This document shows, one piece after another, positions 9,218-19,290 of a DNA stretch of 39,463 bases. Made by a program: the position numbers and the translations under genes. Each line of letters starts with the position of its first letter. Position 1 is the stretch's first letter. A model generated the notes under the pieces. The model saw nothing but the letters and a program-made list of their open reading frames with translations, did not search any database and was not told the origin of the DNA. Source of the DNA: a virus (Duplodnaviria > Heunggongvirae > Uroviricota > Caudoviricetes); IMG/VR virus record IMGVR_UViG_2531839129_000021; one strand, 5' to 3'.

Positions 9218-9267
9218 TTTTAAACGGAAAATAGTTTGTTTTTTGGTTATTGAGATTGAGGTGGGGA

Positions 9268-10620
<1,353 letters not shown>

Positions 10621-10628
10621 GACATTCC

Positions 10629-10660
10629 CGCTCTTACCCATCCCCGCCCTGAAAAAGGGC
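10629..10660 (+). promoter_or_regulatory. nutR: nutR (boxA CGCTCTTA, boxB GCCCTGAAAAAGGGC)
   Basis: Exact lambda nutR boxA at 10629-10636 and boxB at 10646-10660. Confidence 0.8.
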
Positions 10661-10739
10661 ATCTAATTAAACCACACCTATGGTGTATGCATTTATTTGC
10701 ATACATTCAATCAATTGTTATCTAAGGAAATACTTACAT

Positions 10740-11033
10740 ATGGTTCGTGCAAACAAACGCAACGAGGCTCTACGAATCGAGAGTGCGTTGCTTAACAAAA
10801 TCGCAATGCTTGGAACTGAGAAGACAGCGGAAGCTGTGGGAGTTGATAAGTCGCAGATCAGCAGGTGGAAGAGGGACTGGATTCCAAAGTTCTCAATGCT
10901 GCTTGCTGTTCTTGAATGGGGTGTCGTTGACGACGACATGGCTCGATTGGCACGACAAGTTGCTGCGATTCTCACCAATAAAAAACGCCCGGCGGCAACC
11001 GAGCGTTCTGAACAAATCCAGATGGAGTTCTGA
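10740..11033 (+). CDS. cII: CII transcriptional activator
   Basis: 97-aa ORF MVRANKRNEALRIESALLNKIAMLGTEKTAEAVGVDKSQISRWKRDWIPKF... recognised as lambda CII. Confidence 0.9.
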   Translation: MVRANKRNEALRIESALLNKIAMLGTEKTAEAVGVDKSQISRWKRDWIPKFSMLLAVLEWGVVDDDMARLARQVAAILTNKKRPAATERSEQIQMEF

Positions 11034-11056
11034 GGTCATTACTGGATCAATCTACA
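10979..11056 (-). ncRNA. oop: OOP antisense RNA (overlaps the 3' end of cII)
   Basis: Minus strand reads ...GATCCAGTAATGACCTCAGAACTCCATCTGGATTTGTTCAGAACGCTCGGTTGCCGCCGGGCGTTTTTTATT, matching lambda OOP RNA with its terminator; ends approximate. Confidence 0.55.
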
Positions 11057-11065
11057 GGAGTCATT

Positions 11066-11965
11066 ATGACAAATACAGCAAAAATACTCAACTTCTGCAG
11101 AGGTAACTTTGCCAAACAGGAGCGTAATGTGGCAGATCTCGATGATGGTTACGCCAGACTATCAAATATGCTGCTTGAGGCTTATTCAGGCGCAGATCTG
11201 ACCAAGCGACAGTTTAAAGTGCTGCTTGCCATTCTGCGTAAAACCTATGGGTGGAATAAACCAATGGACAGAATCACCGATTCTCAACTTAGCGAGATTA
11301 CAAAGTTACCTGTCAAACGGTGCAATGAAGCCAAGTTAGAACTCGTCAGAATGAATATTATCAAGCAGCAAGGCGGCATGTTTGGACCAAATAAAAACAT
11401 CTCAGAATGGTGTATCCCTCAAAACGAGGGAAAATCCCCTAAAACGAGGGATAAAACATCCCTCAAATTGGGGGATTGCTATCCCTCAAAACAGGGGGAC
11501 ACAAAAGACACCATTACAAAAGAAAAAAGAAAAGATTATTCGTCCGAGAATTCTGGCGAATCCTCTGACCAGCCAGAAAACGATCTTTCTGTGGTTAAAC
11601 CGGATGCTGCAATTCAGAGCGGCAGCAAGTGGGGGACAGCAGAAGACCTGACCGCCGCAGAGTGGATGTTTGACATGGTAAAGACTATCGCACCATCAGC
11701 CAGAAAACCGAATTTTGCTGGGTGGGCTAACGATATCCGCCTGATGCGTGAACGTGACGGACGTAACCATCGCGACATGTGTGTACTGTTCCGCTGGGCA
11801 TGCCAGGACAACTTCTGGTCCGGTAACGTGCTTAGCCCGGCCAAACTCCGCGACAAGTGGACCCAGCTCGAAATCAACCGTAACAAGCAACAGGCAGCCG
11901 TGACAGCCAGCAAACCAAAACTCGACTTGACAAACACAGACTGGATTTACGGGGTGGATCTATGA
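11066..11965 (+). CDS. O: Replication initiator O
   Basis: 299-aa ORF recognised as lambda O; contains the ori iterons. Confidence 0.95.
   Translation: MTNTAKILNFCRGNFAKQERNVADLDDGYARLSNMLLEAYSGADLTKRQFKVLLAILRKTYGWNKPMDRITDSQLSEITKLPVKRCNEAKLELVRMNIIKQQGGMFGPNKNISEWCIPQNEGKSPKTRDKTSLKLGDCYPSKQGDTKDTITKEKRKDYSSENSGESSDQPENDLSVVKPDAAIQSGSKWGTAEDLTAAEWMFDMVKTIAPSARKPNFAGWANDIRLMRERDGRNHRDMCVLFRWACQDNFWSGNVLSPAKLRDKWTQLEINRNKQQAAVTASKPKLDLTNTDWIYGVDL
11413..11499. repeat. Lambda-type replication origin: four ~18-20-bp iterons (ATCCCTCAAAACGAGGGA-like), followed by an AT-rich region to ~11545
   Basis: Four tandem direct repeats visible inside O; poly-A/T tract immediately downstream. Confidence 0.85.
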
Positions 11966-12663
11966 AAAACATCGCCGCACAGATGGTTAACTTTGACCGT
12001 GAGCAGATGCGTCGGATCGCCAACAACATGCCGGAACAGTACGACGAAAAGCCTCAGGTACAGCAGGTAGCGCAGATCATCAACGGTGTGTTCAGCCAGT
12101 TACTGGCAACTTTCCCGGCGAGCCTGGCTAACCGTGACCAGAACGAACTGAACGAAATCCGCCGCCAGTGGGTTCTGGCTTTCCGGGAAAACGGGATCAC
12201 CACAATGGAACAGGTTAACGCAGGAATGCGCGTAGCCCGTCGGCAGAATCGACCATTTCTGCCATCACCCGGGCAGTTTGTTGCATGGTGCCGGGAAGAA
12301 GCATCCGTTATCGCCGGATTGCCAAACGTCAGCGAGCTGGTTGATATGGTTTACGAGTATTGCCGGAAGCGAGGCCTGTATCCGGATGCGGAGTCTTATC
12401 CGTGGAAATCAAACGCGCACTACTGGCTGGTTACCAACCTGTATCAGAACATGCGGGCCAATGCGCTTACTGATGCGGAATTACGCCGTAAGGCCGCAGA
12501 TGAGCTTGTCCATATGACTGCGAGAATTAACCGTGGTGAGGCGATCCCTGAACCAGTAAAACAACTTCCTGTCATGGGCGGTAGACCTCTAAATCGTGCA
12601 CAGGCTCTGGCGAAGATCGCAGAAATCAAAGCTAAGTTCGGACTGAAAGGAGCAAGTGTATGA
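11962..12663 (+). CDS. P: Replication protein P (DnaB helicase loader)
   Basis: 233-aa ORF recognised as lambda P; ATGA-type coupling with ren. Confidence 0.95.
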   Translation: MKNIAAQMVNFDREQMRRIANNMPEQYDEKPQVQQVAQIINGVFSQLLATFPASLANRDQNELNEIRRQWVLAFRENGITTMEQVNAGMRVARRQNRPFLPSPGQFVAWCREEASVIAGLPNVSELVDMVYEYCRKRGLYPDAESYPWKSNAHYWLVTNLYQNMRANALTDAELRRKAADELVHMTARINRGEAIPEPVKQLPVMGGRPLNRAQALAKIAEIKAKFGLKGASV

Positions 12664-12950
12664 CGGGCAAAGAGGCAATTATTCATTACCTGGGGACGCA
12701 TAATAGCTTCTGTGCGCCGGACGTTGCCGCGCTAACAGGCGCAACAGTAACCAGCATAAATCAGGCCGCGGCTAAAATGGCACGGGCAGGTCTTCTGGTT
12801 ATCGAAGGTAAGGTCTGGCGAACGGTGTATTACCGGTTTGCTACCAAGGAAGAACGGGAAGGAAAGATGAGCACGAACCTGATTTTTAAGGAGTGTCGCC
12901 AGAGTGCCGCGATGAAACGGGTATTGGCGGTATATGGAGTTAAAAGATGA
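12660..12950 (+). CDS. ren: Ren (protects against Rex exclusion)
   Basis: 96-aa ORF MTGKEAIIHYLGTHNSFCAPDVAALTGATVTSINQAAAKMARAGLLVIEGK... recognised as lambda Ren. Confidence 0.85.
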   Translation: MTGKEAIIHYLGTHNSFCAPDVAALTGATVTSINQAAAKMARAGLLVIEGKVWRTVYYRFATKEEREGKMSTNLIFKECRQSAAMKRVLAVYGVKR

Positions 12951-12975
12951 CCATCTACATCACTGAGCTAATAAC

Positions 12976-13007
12976 AGGCCTGCTGGTAATCGCAGGCCTT
13001 TTTATTT
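12976..13007 (+). terminator. Putative rho-independent terminator (tR2-like)
   Basis: 8-bp stem AGGCCTGC/GCAGGCCT, 8-nt loop, then TTTTATTT. Confidence 0.5.
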
Positions 13008-13023
13008 GGGGGAGAGGGAAGTC

Positions 13024-13464
13024 ATGAAAAAACTAACCTTTGAAATTCGATCTCCAGCACATCAGCAAAACGCTATTCACGCGGTACAGCAAATTCTTCC
13101 AGACCCAACCAAACCAATCGTAGTAACCATTCAGGAACGCAACCGCAGCTTAGACCAGAATCGAAAGCTTTGGGCTTGCCTTGGTGACGTCTCTCGTCAG
13201 GTTGAATGGCATGGTCGCTGGCTGGATGCAGAAAGCTGGAAGTGTGTGTTTACCGCAGCATTAAAGCAGCAGGATGTTGTTCCTAACCTTGCCGGGAATG
13301 GATTTGTGGTAATAGGCCAGTCAACCAGCAGGATGCGTGTAAGCGAATTTGCGGAGCTATTAGAGCTTATACAGGCATTCGGTACAGAGCGTGGCGTTAA
13401 GTGGTCAGACGAAGCGCGACTGGCTCTGGAATGGAAAGCGCGATGGGGAGACAGGGCGGCATGA
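13024..13464 (+). CDS. ninB: NinB (Orf recombination mediator)
   Basis: 146-aa [59 protein letters not shown]...; ATG at 13024 with GGGGGAGAGGG RBS (the track start at 13006 is TTG). Confidence 0.85.
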   Translation: MKKLTFEIRSPAHQQNAIHAVQQILPDPTKPIVVTIQERNRSLDQNRKLWACLGDVSRQVEWHGRWLDAESWKCVFTAALKQQDVVPNLAGNGFVVIGQSTSRMRVSEFAELLELIQAFGTERGVKWSDEARLALEWKARWGDRAA

Positions 13465-13643
13465 GACGACAGCGACGAAGTTTCACCGACATCATCTGCG
13501 AAAACTGCAAATACCTTCCAACGAAACGCTCCAGAAATAAACGCAAGCCAATCCCAAAAGAATCTGACGTAAAAACCTTCAACTACACGGCTCACCTGTG
13601 GGATATCCGGTGGCTAAGACATCGTGCGAGGAAAACAAGGTGA
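13461..13643 (+). CDS. ninE: NinE
   Basis: 60-aa [67 protein letters not shown] overlap with the ninB stop. Confidence 0.8.
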   Translation: MRRQRRSFTDIICENCKYLPTKRSRNKRKPIPKESDVKTFNYTAHLWDIRWLRHRARKTR

Positions 13644-13810
13644 TTGACCAAAATCGAAGTTACGAACAAGAAAGCGTCGAGCGAGCTTTAACGTGCGCTA
13701 ACTGCGGTCAGAAGCTGCATGTGCTGGAAGTTCACGTGTGTGAGCACTGCTGCGCAGAGCTGATGAGCGATTCGAATAGCTCGATGCACGAGGAAGAAGA
13801 TGATGGCTAA
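13640..13810 (+). CDS. ninF: NinF
   Basis: 56-aa ORF from GTG (13640) overlapping the ninE stop: (M)[55 protein letters not shown]. Confidence 0.7.
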   Translation: MIDQNRSYEQESVERALTCANCGQKLHVLEVHVCEHCCAELMSDSNSSMHEEEDDG

Positions 13811-14414
13811 ACCAGCGCGAAGACGATGTAAAAACGATGAATGTCGGGAATGGTTTCACCCTGCATTCGCTAATCAGTGGTGGTGCTCTCCAGAGTGTGG
13901 AACCAAGATAGCACTCGAACGACGAAGCAAAGAACGCGAAAAAGCGGAAAAGGTAGCAGAGAAGAAACGACGACGAGAGGAGCAGAAACAGAAAGATAAA
14001 CTTAAGATTCGAAAACTCGCCTTAAAGCCCCGCAGTTACTGGATTAAACAAGCCCAACAAGCCGTAAACGCCTTCATCAGAGAAAGAGACCGCGACTTAC
14101 CATGTATCTCGTGCGGAACGCTCACGTCTGCTCAGTGGGATGCCGGGCATTACCGGACAACTGCTGCGGCGCCTCAACTCCGATTTGATGAACGCAATAT
14201 TCACAAGCAATGCGTGGTATGCAACCAACATAAAAGCGGAAATCTCGTTCCGTATCGCGTCGAACTGATTAACCGCATCGGGCAGGAAGCAGTAGACGAA
14301 ATCGAATCAAACCATAACCGCCATCGCTGGACTGTCGAAGAGTGCAGGGCCATCAAGGCGGAGTATCAACAGAAACTTAAAAAACTGCGAAACAGCAGAA
14401 GTGAGGCTGCATGA
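13800..14414 (+). CDS. ninG: NinG (Rap; Holliday-junction/branched-DNA endonuclease)
   Basis: 204-aa [37 protein letters not shown]... recognised as lambda NinG. Confidence 0.85.
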   Translation: MMAKPARRRCKNDECREWFHPAFANQWWCSPECGTKIALERRSKEREKAEKVAEKKRRREEQKQKDKLKIRKLALKPRSYWIKQAQQAVNAFIRERDRDLPCISCGTLTSAQWDAGHYRTTAAAPQLRFDERNIHKQCVVCNQHKSGNLVPYRVELINRIGQEAVDEIESNHNRHRWTVEECRAIKAEYQQKLKKLRNSRSEAA

Positions 14415-15082
14415 ATATCTACGAAAGAATTGATGGCAGCAAATACCGAAATATTTGGGTAGTTGGCGATCTGCACGGATGCTACACGAACCTGATGAAC
14501 AAACTGGATACGATTGGATTCGACAACAAAAAAGACCTGCTTATCTCGGTGGGCGATTTGGTTGATCGTGGTGCAGAGAACGTTGAATGCCTGGAATTAA
14601 TCACATTCCCCTGGTTCAGAGCTGTACGTGGAAACCATGAGCACATGATGATTGATGGCTTATCAGAGCGTGGAAACGTTAATCACTGGCTGCTTAATGG
14701 CGGTGTCTGGTTCTTCAATCTCGATTACGACAAAGAGATTCTGGCTAAAGCTCTTGCCCATAAAGCAGAAGAACTTCCGTTAATCATCGAACTGGTGAGC
14801 AAAGATAAAAAATATGTCATTTGCCACGCCGATTATCCTTGTAACGAATACGAATTTGGAAAGCCAGTTGATCCTCAGCAGGTAATCTGGAACCGCGAAC
14901 GAATCGGCAACTCACAAGACGGGATCGTGAAAGAAATTAAAGGCGCGGACACGTTCATCTTTGGTCATACGCCAGCAGTGAAACCACTCAAATTTGCCAA
15001 CCAGATGTATATCGATACTGGGGCAGTGTTCTGCGGAAATCTCACATTGATTCAGGTACAGGGAGAAGGCGCGTGGGCATAA
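14411..15082 (+). CDS. ninI: NinI, Ser/Thr protein phosphatase (metallophosphoesterase)
   Basis: 223-aa ORF with GDLHG, GDLVDRG and GNHE metallophosphatase motifs; ATGA overlap with ninG. Confidence 0.85.
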   Translation: MNIYERIDGSKYRNIWVVGDLHGCYTNLMNKLDTIGFDNKKDLLISVGDLVDRGAENVECLELITFPWFRAVRGNHEHMMIDGLSERGNVNHWLLNGGVWFFNLDYDKEILAKALAHKAEELPLIIELVSKDKKYVICHADYPCNEYEFGKPVDPQQVIWNRERIGNSQDGIVKEIKGADTFIFGHTPAVKPLKFANQMYIDTGAVFCGNLTLIQVQGEGAWA

Positions 15083-15561
15083 GAGAACTAAACCTCACCA
15101 AAGAACAGCATGAGTGGCTGAATGGCTGGCTTGAACTGTGGGGCGCATGGGTTTATTCAGGTCGTCTGGAAAAGCGCATGAGCAGCGTAATAGCGAAGTT
15201 CATGGAGAGCGTAGAGCCGGGAAGAGTTATGACAAGGCCAATGTGTAATGATGATGATGGAATGTTGATTTCTCAGGTCGTCGATTCCGTCATGTACATT
15301 GACAAGAAAGCCTTTGGCATCCTCCTCAGCTACTACGCCCACGGCTCTTCCAAGCACGCCATTGCATCTTACTATCATCGCGTCGCAAGACCTCGCAAGA
15401 TGTTATGCCGGGGCGGCGGGCGCATTCAAAAACCATCGCTCGCAACCTGTCGACGGGAAGTTGACGAAATCCTCAATGCCTCGTTGTTTATGATTTACCC
15501 GGTTCTGGATAGTGCGTTTAAAAACCGGAAACGTGTAGAGAAAATTAAACATGTAGCATAG
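15073..15561 (+). CDS. Q: Late-gene antiterminator Q, non-lambda type (probably Q21/Q82-like)
   Basis: 162-aa ORF (GTG start with GGGAGAAGG RBS) between the nin genes and the lysis cassette; no similarity to lambda Q but contains an ELWGAWV segment resembling other Q families; assignment rests mainly on position. Confidence 0.55.
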   Translation: MGIRELNLTKEQHEWLNGWLELWGAWVYSGRLEKRMSSVIAKFMESVEPGRVMTRPMCNDDDGMLISQVVDSVMYIDKKAFGILLSYYAHGSSKHAIASYYHRVARPRKMLCRGGGRIQKPSLATCRREVDEILNASLFMIYPVLDSAFKNRKRVEKIKHVA

Positions 15562-15565
15562 AACG

Positions 15566-15650
15566 TGTTGACATCATTGAGCAAATGAGCAACACTATTC
15601 GCATAAGCTGCCGTTAGTGACTCTTAAGTTGCAACGGTGGCTTTTTTTAT
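15566..15650 (+). promoter_or_regulatory. Candidate late promoter pR'/qut region with tR'-like terminator
   Basis: TTGACA at 15568-15573 immediately after Q; weak -10; short stem (CCGTT/AACGG) followed by a T7 run at 15642-15648. Confidence 0.3.
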
Positions 15651-15652
15651 TT

Positions 15653-15727
15653 GGGTCAGTCGTATAAAGGTCATTACGGAAGGCTGTTAACCTTCTTATC
15701 GTGGTTCGAGTCCACGCTGTCCCGCCA
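15653..15727 (+). tRNA. tRNA-like gene, anticodon GTT (Asn) by hand folding
   Basis: 75 nt: acceptor GGGTCAG/CTGTCCC (one mismatch), anticodon stem GAAGG/CCTTC, loop CTGTTAA, T-arm CGTGG-TTCGAGT-CCACG, encoded GCCA 3' end. Confidence 0.5.
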
Positions 15728-15732
15728 AATAT

Positions 15733-15808
15733 GCTGGTTTAGCTCCAATGGTAGAGCGGTCGCCTTGTAAGCGAATGGGTAGCGGTTCAAGTCCGTTAAC
15801 CAGCACCA
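15733..15808 (+). tRNA. tRNA-like gene, anticodon TGT (Thr) by hand folding
   Basis: 76 nt: perfect 7-bp acceptor GCTGGTT/AACCAGC, D-arm GCTC-CAATGGTA-GAGC, anticodon loop CTTGTAA, T-loop TTCAAGT, encoded ACCA 3' end. Confidence 0.55.
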
Positions 15809-15926
15809 TAACTGAGCCGTAGCCACTGGATGTCCTGAATTCATCAGTGATAGTTATGCTGCGGTCTTCTTTTTCTCCCTTCCCAATATAAGAACTACGC
15901 AATCCGTTACTGGCGGAGGCGTTGCT

Positions 15927-16142
15927 ATGAAATCAATGGACAAAATCTCAACTGGCATTGCCTACGGAACATCCGCTGGTAGTGCGGGATACTGGTTTTT
16001 GCAGTGGTTGGATCAGGTCAGTCCATCACAGTGGGCTGCGATTGGGATGCTTGGAAGCCTTGTGTTGGGCTTTCTCACCTATCTGACAAATCTGTACTTC
16101 AAAATCAGAGAAGACAGAAGAAAGGCTGCGAGAGGTGAATAA
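15927..16142 (+). CDS. S: Pinholin S21 type with dual start (antiholin from 15927, holin from 15936)
   Basis: 71-aa [74 protein letters not shown] recognised as phage 21 S; two transmembrane segments; Met-Lys-Ser-Met dual-start motif. Confidence 0.85.
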   Translation: MKSMDKISTGIAYGTSAGSAGYWFLQWLDQVSPSQWAAIGMLGSLVLGFLTYLTNLYFKIREDRRKAARGE

Positions 16143-16639
16143 TGCCTCCATCATTACGAAAAGCCGTTGCTGCGGCTATTGGTGGCGGGGCTATTGCTAT
16201 AGCATCTGTGTTAATCACTGGCCCAAGTGGTAACGATGGTCTGGAAGGCGTCAGCTACATACCATATAAAGATATCGTTGGTGTATGGACTGTATGTTAC
16301 GGGCATACCGGAAAAGACATTATGCTCGGTAAAACGTATACCAAAGCAGAATGCAAAGCCCTCCTGAATAAAGACCTTGCCACTGTCGCCAGACAAATTA
16401 ACCCGTACATCAAAGTCGATATACCGGAAACAACGCGCGGCGCTCTTTACTCGTTCGTTTACAACGTTGGTGCTGGAAATTTCAGAACATCGACGCTTCT
16501 TCGCAAAATAAACCAGGGCGATATCAAAGGCGCATGTGATCAGCTACGGCGCTGGACATACGCTGGCGGTAAGCAATGGAAAGGTCTCATGACTCGTCGT
16601 GAGATTGAGCGTGAAGTCTGTTTATGGGGGAAGCAATGA
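16142..16639 (+). CDS. R: SAR endolysin (lysozyme with N-terminal signal-anchor-release domain), R21 type
   Basis: 165-aa ORF with Gly/Ala-rich hydrophobic N-terminus ([18 protein letters not shown]) followed by a lysozyme-like domain; immediately follows the pinholin. Confidence 0.85.
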   Translation: MPPSLRKAVAAAIGGGAIAIASVLITGPSGNDGLEGVSYIPYKDIVGVWTVCYGHTGKDIMLGKTYTKAECKALLNKDLATVARQINPYIKVDIPETTRGALYSFVYNVGAGNFRTSTLLRKINQGDIKGACDQLRRWTYAGGKQWKGLMTRREIEREVCLWGKQ

Positions 16640-17028
16640 AGATCCACTACAAGATAATTATCTTCGCGTTCGCATTGAGCGTACTGGGCGTCATCGTTTG
16701 GTCAGCAAGCCATTATCACGATAAGTATCAGGCGGAACGGCTACGCGCAGATGCTGCCGAGCAGAACGCCAACGCCGCCGAAGCGATCACCGCCAACGTC
16801 ATTCGGTCTGTGAACATCATCAACGCCATTGCAGAGGCCAACCAGGATGCAAAGAACCAGATCACACTGGAGTCACAGGGAGCCCAAGCAGATATCAAAG
16901 TGGCTATTGAGAATGATGACTGCGCTCATCGGCCTGTGCCTCCTGCAACTGCTCACCGGCTGCGGCAATTCGCGGACAGTTTACGTACCGGTATCGGTAG
17001 TGCCTCTACCGGCAAACCTGACAGCTGA
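16636..17028 (+). CDS. Rz: Spanin inner-membrane subunit (Rz-like)
   Basis: N-terminal TM helix ([16 protein letters not shown]) then a charged coiled-coil-like region; ATG 16636 overlaps the R stop (ATGA) with a GGGGGAAG RBS. Confidence 0.7.
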   Translation: MKIHYKIIIFAFALSVLGVIVWSASHYHDKYQAERLRADAAEQNANAAEAITANVIRSVNIINAIAEANQDAKNQITLESQGAQADIKVAIENDDCAHRPVPPATAHRLRQFADSLRTGIGSASTGKPDS

Positions 17029-17170
17029 GACGCAACAGCCAGCCATTCCCGAACCGCTGACCTATGGGGCCAGTCTGGAGCTGAATGTTAGCCTGCTATC
17101 GGCGCTGGGTCAGTGCAACATCGATAAGGCTAGTATCAGGAAGATTGAAGAGTCTCGGACCTCTCTGTAG
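16913..17170 (+). CDS. Rz1: Spanin outer-membrane lipoprotein subunit (Rz1-like), overlapping Rz in the +1 frame
   Basis: Signal peptide with lipobox LTGC ([20 protein letters not shown]), proline-rich mature region; starts inside Rz and extends beyond its stop. Confidence 0.65.
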   Translation: MMTALIGLCLLQLLTGCGNSRTVYVPVSVVPLPANLTAETQQPAIPEPLTYGASLELNVSLLSALGQCNIDKASIRKIEESRTSL

Positions 17171-17290
17171 AAGACTATTTTGCTGCCATGAAGAAGCTTT
17201 ATATCTTTGGTCAATACATCGAACAGATCAGATAATTCTTATGTGATTGATGCTATATTTATCCCCTATTTAAACATGGGAGTTACGGAT

Positions 17291-18091
17291 ATGTCTGTCA
17301 GTCAAGATATTTATAAGTCTACACTTAGAGTTGAAAGTGATACTCCAGAGGGAACCTCGGTAGGAACTGCTTTCTGGTTTTGCTTTGTTATGGAAGGTGG
17401 TGAAGATATTGTTCCACTCTTGGTAACTAATAAGCATGTTGTTAACGGGGCAACAGAAGTTAGACTACGTCTAAACATTACCGACAGCGCAAATCCTGAG
17501 ATAAAATTTTATAACCTAACAATTTCAGAGGGGGCAAATGCGTTCATTATGCACCCTGATGATAATGTTGATATATGCATATTGCCTATCGCTGGATTGC
17601 TGAATGAGATGGAGAAAAGTGGCATTAGCCCAGAACTCTTCTTTTTCACAGATCGTCAGATGCGTGGTAACAATTACATTACTCCTGTCGAAGATGTTTA
17701 CATGACAGGATATCCAAATGGATTATGGGATTCTGTAAACAATAGGCCTGTTACCAGGAAAGGCATCACAGCATCATCACCTATGGAAAACTGGAAGGGT
17801 AAGCCTGAATTCCTCATTGATATGGCTTGTTTCGGTGGTTCTAGCGGTTCTCCCGTTTATATAATGAACCAAGGCTCATATGCTACTAATGATGGTATTG
17901 CTATGGGGGAGAGATTAATTTTCCTTGGGTTGTTGTATGCAGGGCCAGTAACGAATGTTAGCGGGAATATTGAAATTATTGACGTACCAACAGTCGCTAC
18001 ACCAGTTGTGCGTTCTGAAATTACAATGAATCTCGGATTTGTTATTAAAGCAGAGAAGCTAAATGACTTTAAGCCTCTCTTGGGGATTTAA
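17291..18091 (+). CDS. Trypsin-like (chymotrypsin-fold) serine protease, cytoplasmic; moron of unknown role
   Basis: 266-aa ORF from ATG 17291 with GGGAG RBS; motifs in catalytic order: His (LVTNKHVV), Asp (HPDDNVDICIL), Ser (GGSSGSPVY); no signal peptide; AT-rich. Confidence 0.6.
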   Translation: MSVSQDIYKSTLRVESDTPEGTSVGTAFWFCFVMEGGEDIVPLLVTNKHVVNGATEVRLRLNITDSANPEIKFYNLTISEGANAFIMHPDDNVDICILPIAGLLNEMEKSGISPELFFFTDRQMRGNNYITPVEDVYMTGYPNGLWDSVNNRPVTRKGITASSPMENWKGKPEFLIDMACFGGSSGSPVYIMNQGSYATNDGIAMGERLIFLGLLYAGPVTNVSGNIEIIDVPTVATPVVRSEITMNLGFVIKAEKLNDFKPLLGI

Positions 18092-18224
18092 CACAAGCCG
18101 CCTCCGGACGGTTTTTTTATTGCTATTACAAAAGCCACTCCATGCCGAGTGGCTTTGATAATGGCTTATACCCTACACGGGATAACTTAACTGATATCCC
18201 AACAAGCGGATAAAGAGGTTCTCA

Positions 18225-18350
18225 ATGTCCGACATCTACCAAATCATGTTAACCACCCAAACAGGCGAAACCTTTACGGGTAAGATGTCACGACGTCAGC
18301 GTGAGCTGGTTAATGGCTTTATGCAGCCGGCTACCGAGATGGGCGAGTAG
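18225..18350 (+). CDS. Hypothetical micro-protein (41 aa)
   Basis: ATG ORF MSDIYQIMLTTQTGETFTGKMSRRQRELVNGFMQPATEMGE preceded by an AAGAGG RBS; no homology recognised. Confidence 0.25.
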   Translation: MSDIYQIMLTTQTGETFTGKMSRRQRELVNGFMQPATEMGE

Positions 18351-18439
18351 AATAACTCCATTAGGAGAATGTGGAACCATTACACTTTGAGCCGTTAACT
18401 GATATTGATAAAGGTAAATAATATCGTGGTTAAGGCTTT

Positions 18440-18712
18440 CTAATAGCCAGCCATTTGCAAAATCACAGTTGCAGCAGCAGCGAAAGCTGCATATGAGTTA
18501 TATTTAGACTGTAACCGCGCAGTTAAGAAAAATTCGTGAAGATCTACATTTTTTTGGGGATCATCAAATGTAATTGCTACAACGGTGCTTCTACCTGTTT
18601 TGACTTTGGCTGTTGCTGATTTGATCCATAACCCAGCCGATAAAAAACCAAAGAAAATTGATAGTGTATGATGGTCAATTAACCAGTTTTTAATTAGTAA
18701 TAAATCACTCAT
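18440..18712 (-). CDS. Hypothetical small membrane protein (90 aa)
   Basis: ATG start at 18712; one hydrophobic helix (LSIFFGFLSAGLWI); AT-rich; occupies the slot where lambda carries bor, but is not Bor-like. Confidence 0.35.
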   Translation of the reverse strand: MSDLLLIKNWLIDHHTLSIFFGFLSAGLWIKSATAKVKTGRSTVVAITFDDPQKNVDLHEFFLTARLQSKYNSYAAFAAAATVILQMAGY

Positions 18713-18736
18713 TTTCAATCCAATTGAGACTTTGCC

Positions 18737-19288
18737 ATGGCACTCACCGACAAACAAGAAATGTTCTGTCGCGAGTACCTCATCGATTTAAACGCCACAC
18801 AAGCGGCTATTCGGGCGGGGTACAGCGCAAAGACAGCCAACCGTACTGCGTCCGAAAACATGTCAAAACCTGACATCAAGTTAAGAATCGCTGAACTGAA
18901 AGCGCAACGCAATGATCTTGTTGGTATTAATGCAGAATATGTACTTAATCGCCTTCTTGAAATCGACCAGATGGATGTGCTTGACATTCTCCTGCAAAAC
19001 GGTGAGCTAAAACCCATTAAAGACTGGCCTAAGGTATGGCGCACAACGCTATCAGGAATGGATGTCGTGGAGATGGTATCCGCAGATAGCGCCGCACTTC
19101 TGAAGAAAATCAAATGGCCTGATAAGGTTAAAAATCTTGAGTTGCTTGGGCGTCATGTTTCTGTTCAGGCGTTTAAAGACAATGTCAAAAATGAAGTGAC
19201 TGGCGCTGATGGAGGACCAGTCAGAACAGAAATTACCAACTTAACGCCGGAGCAGGCTGCAGAGGCGTATAGAAAAATGATGGGCTAA
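18737..19288 (+). CDS. Terminase small subunit
   Basis: 183-aa [37 protein letters not shown]..., the characteristic N-terminus of small terminase subunits; directly upstream of the large subunit. Confidence 0.7.
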   Translation: MALTDKQEMFCREYLIDLNATQAAIRAGYSAKTANRTASENMSKPDIKLRIAELKAQRNDLVGINAEYVLNRLLEIDQMDVLDILLQNGELKPIKDWPKVWRTTLSGMDVVEMVSADSAALLKKIKWPDKVKNLELLGRHVSVQAFKDNVKNEVTGADGGPVRTEITNLTPEQAAEAYRKMMG

Positions 19289-19290
19289 GT

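Noticed and set aside
11413-11499. Possible CRISPR-like or tandem repeat array
   Set aside because: The repeats are the four lambda-type ori iterons inside gene O with the adjacent AT-rich unwinding region; no spacer/repeat periodicity of a CRISPR array.
15809-15926. A third tRNA between the second tRNA and the holin
   Set aside because: No acceptor-stem complementarity or T-loop motif could be folded by eye in this stretch.
17188-17235. 15-codon upstream ORF (MKKLYIFGQYIEQIR) and the TTG-initiated start at 17207 for the protease
   Set aside because: No RBS; the ATG at 17291 has a well-spaced GGGAG and gives a protein beginning just before the protease domain. The small ORF is noted only as a possible leader peptide.
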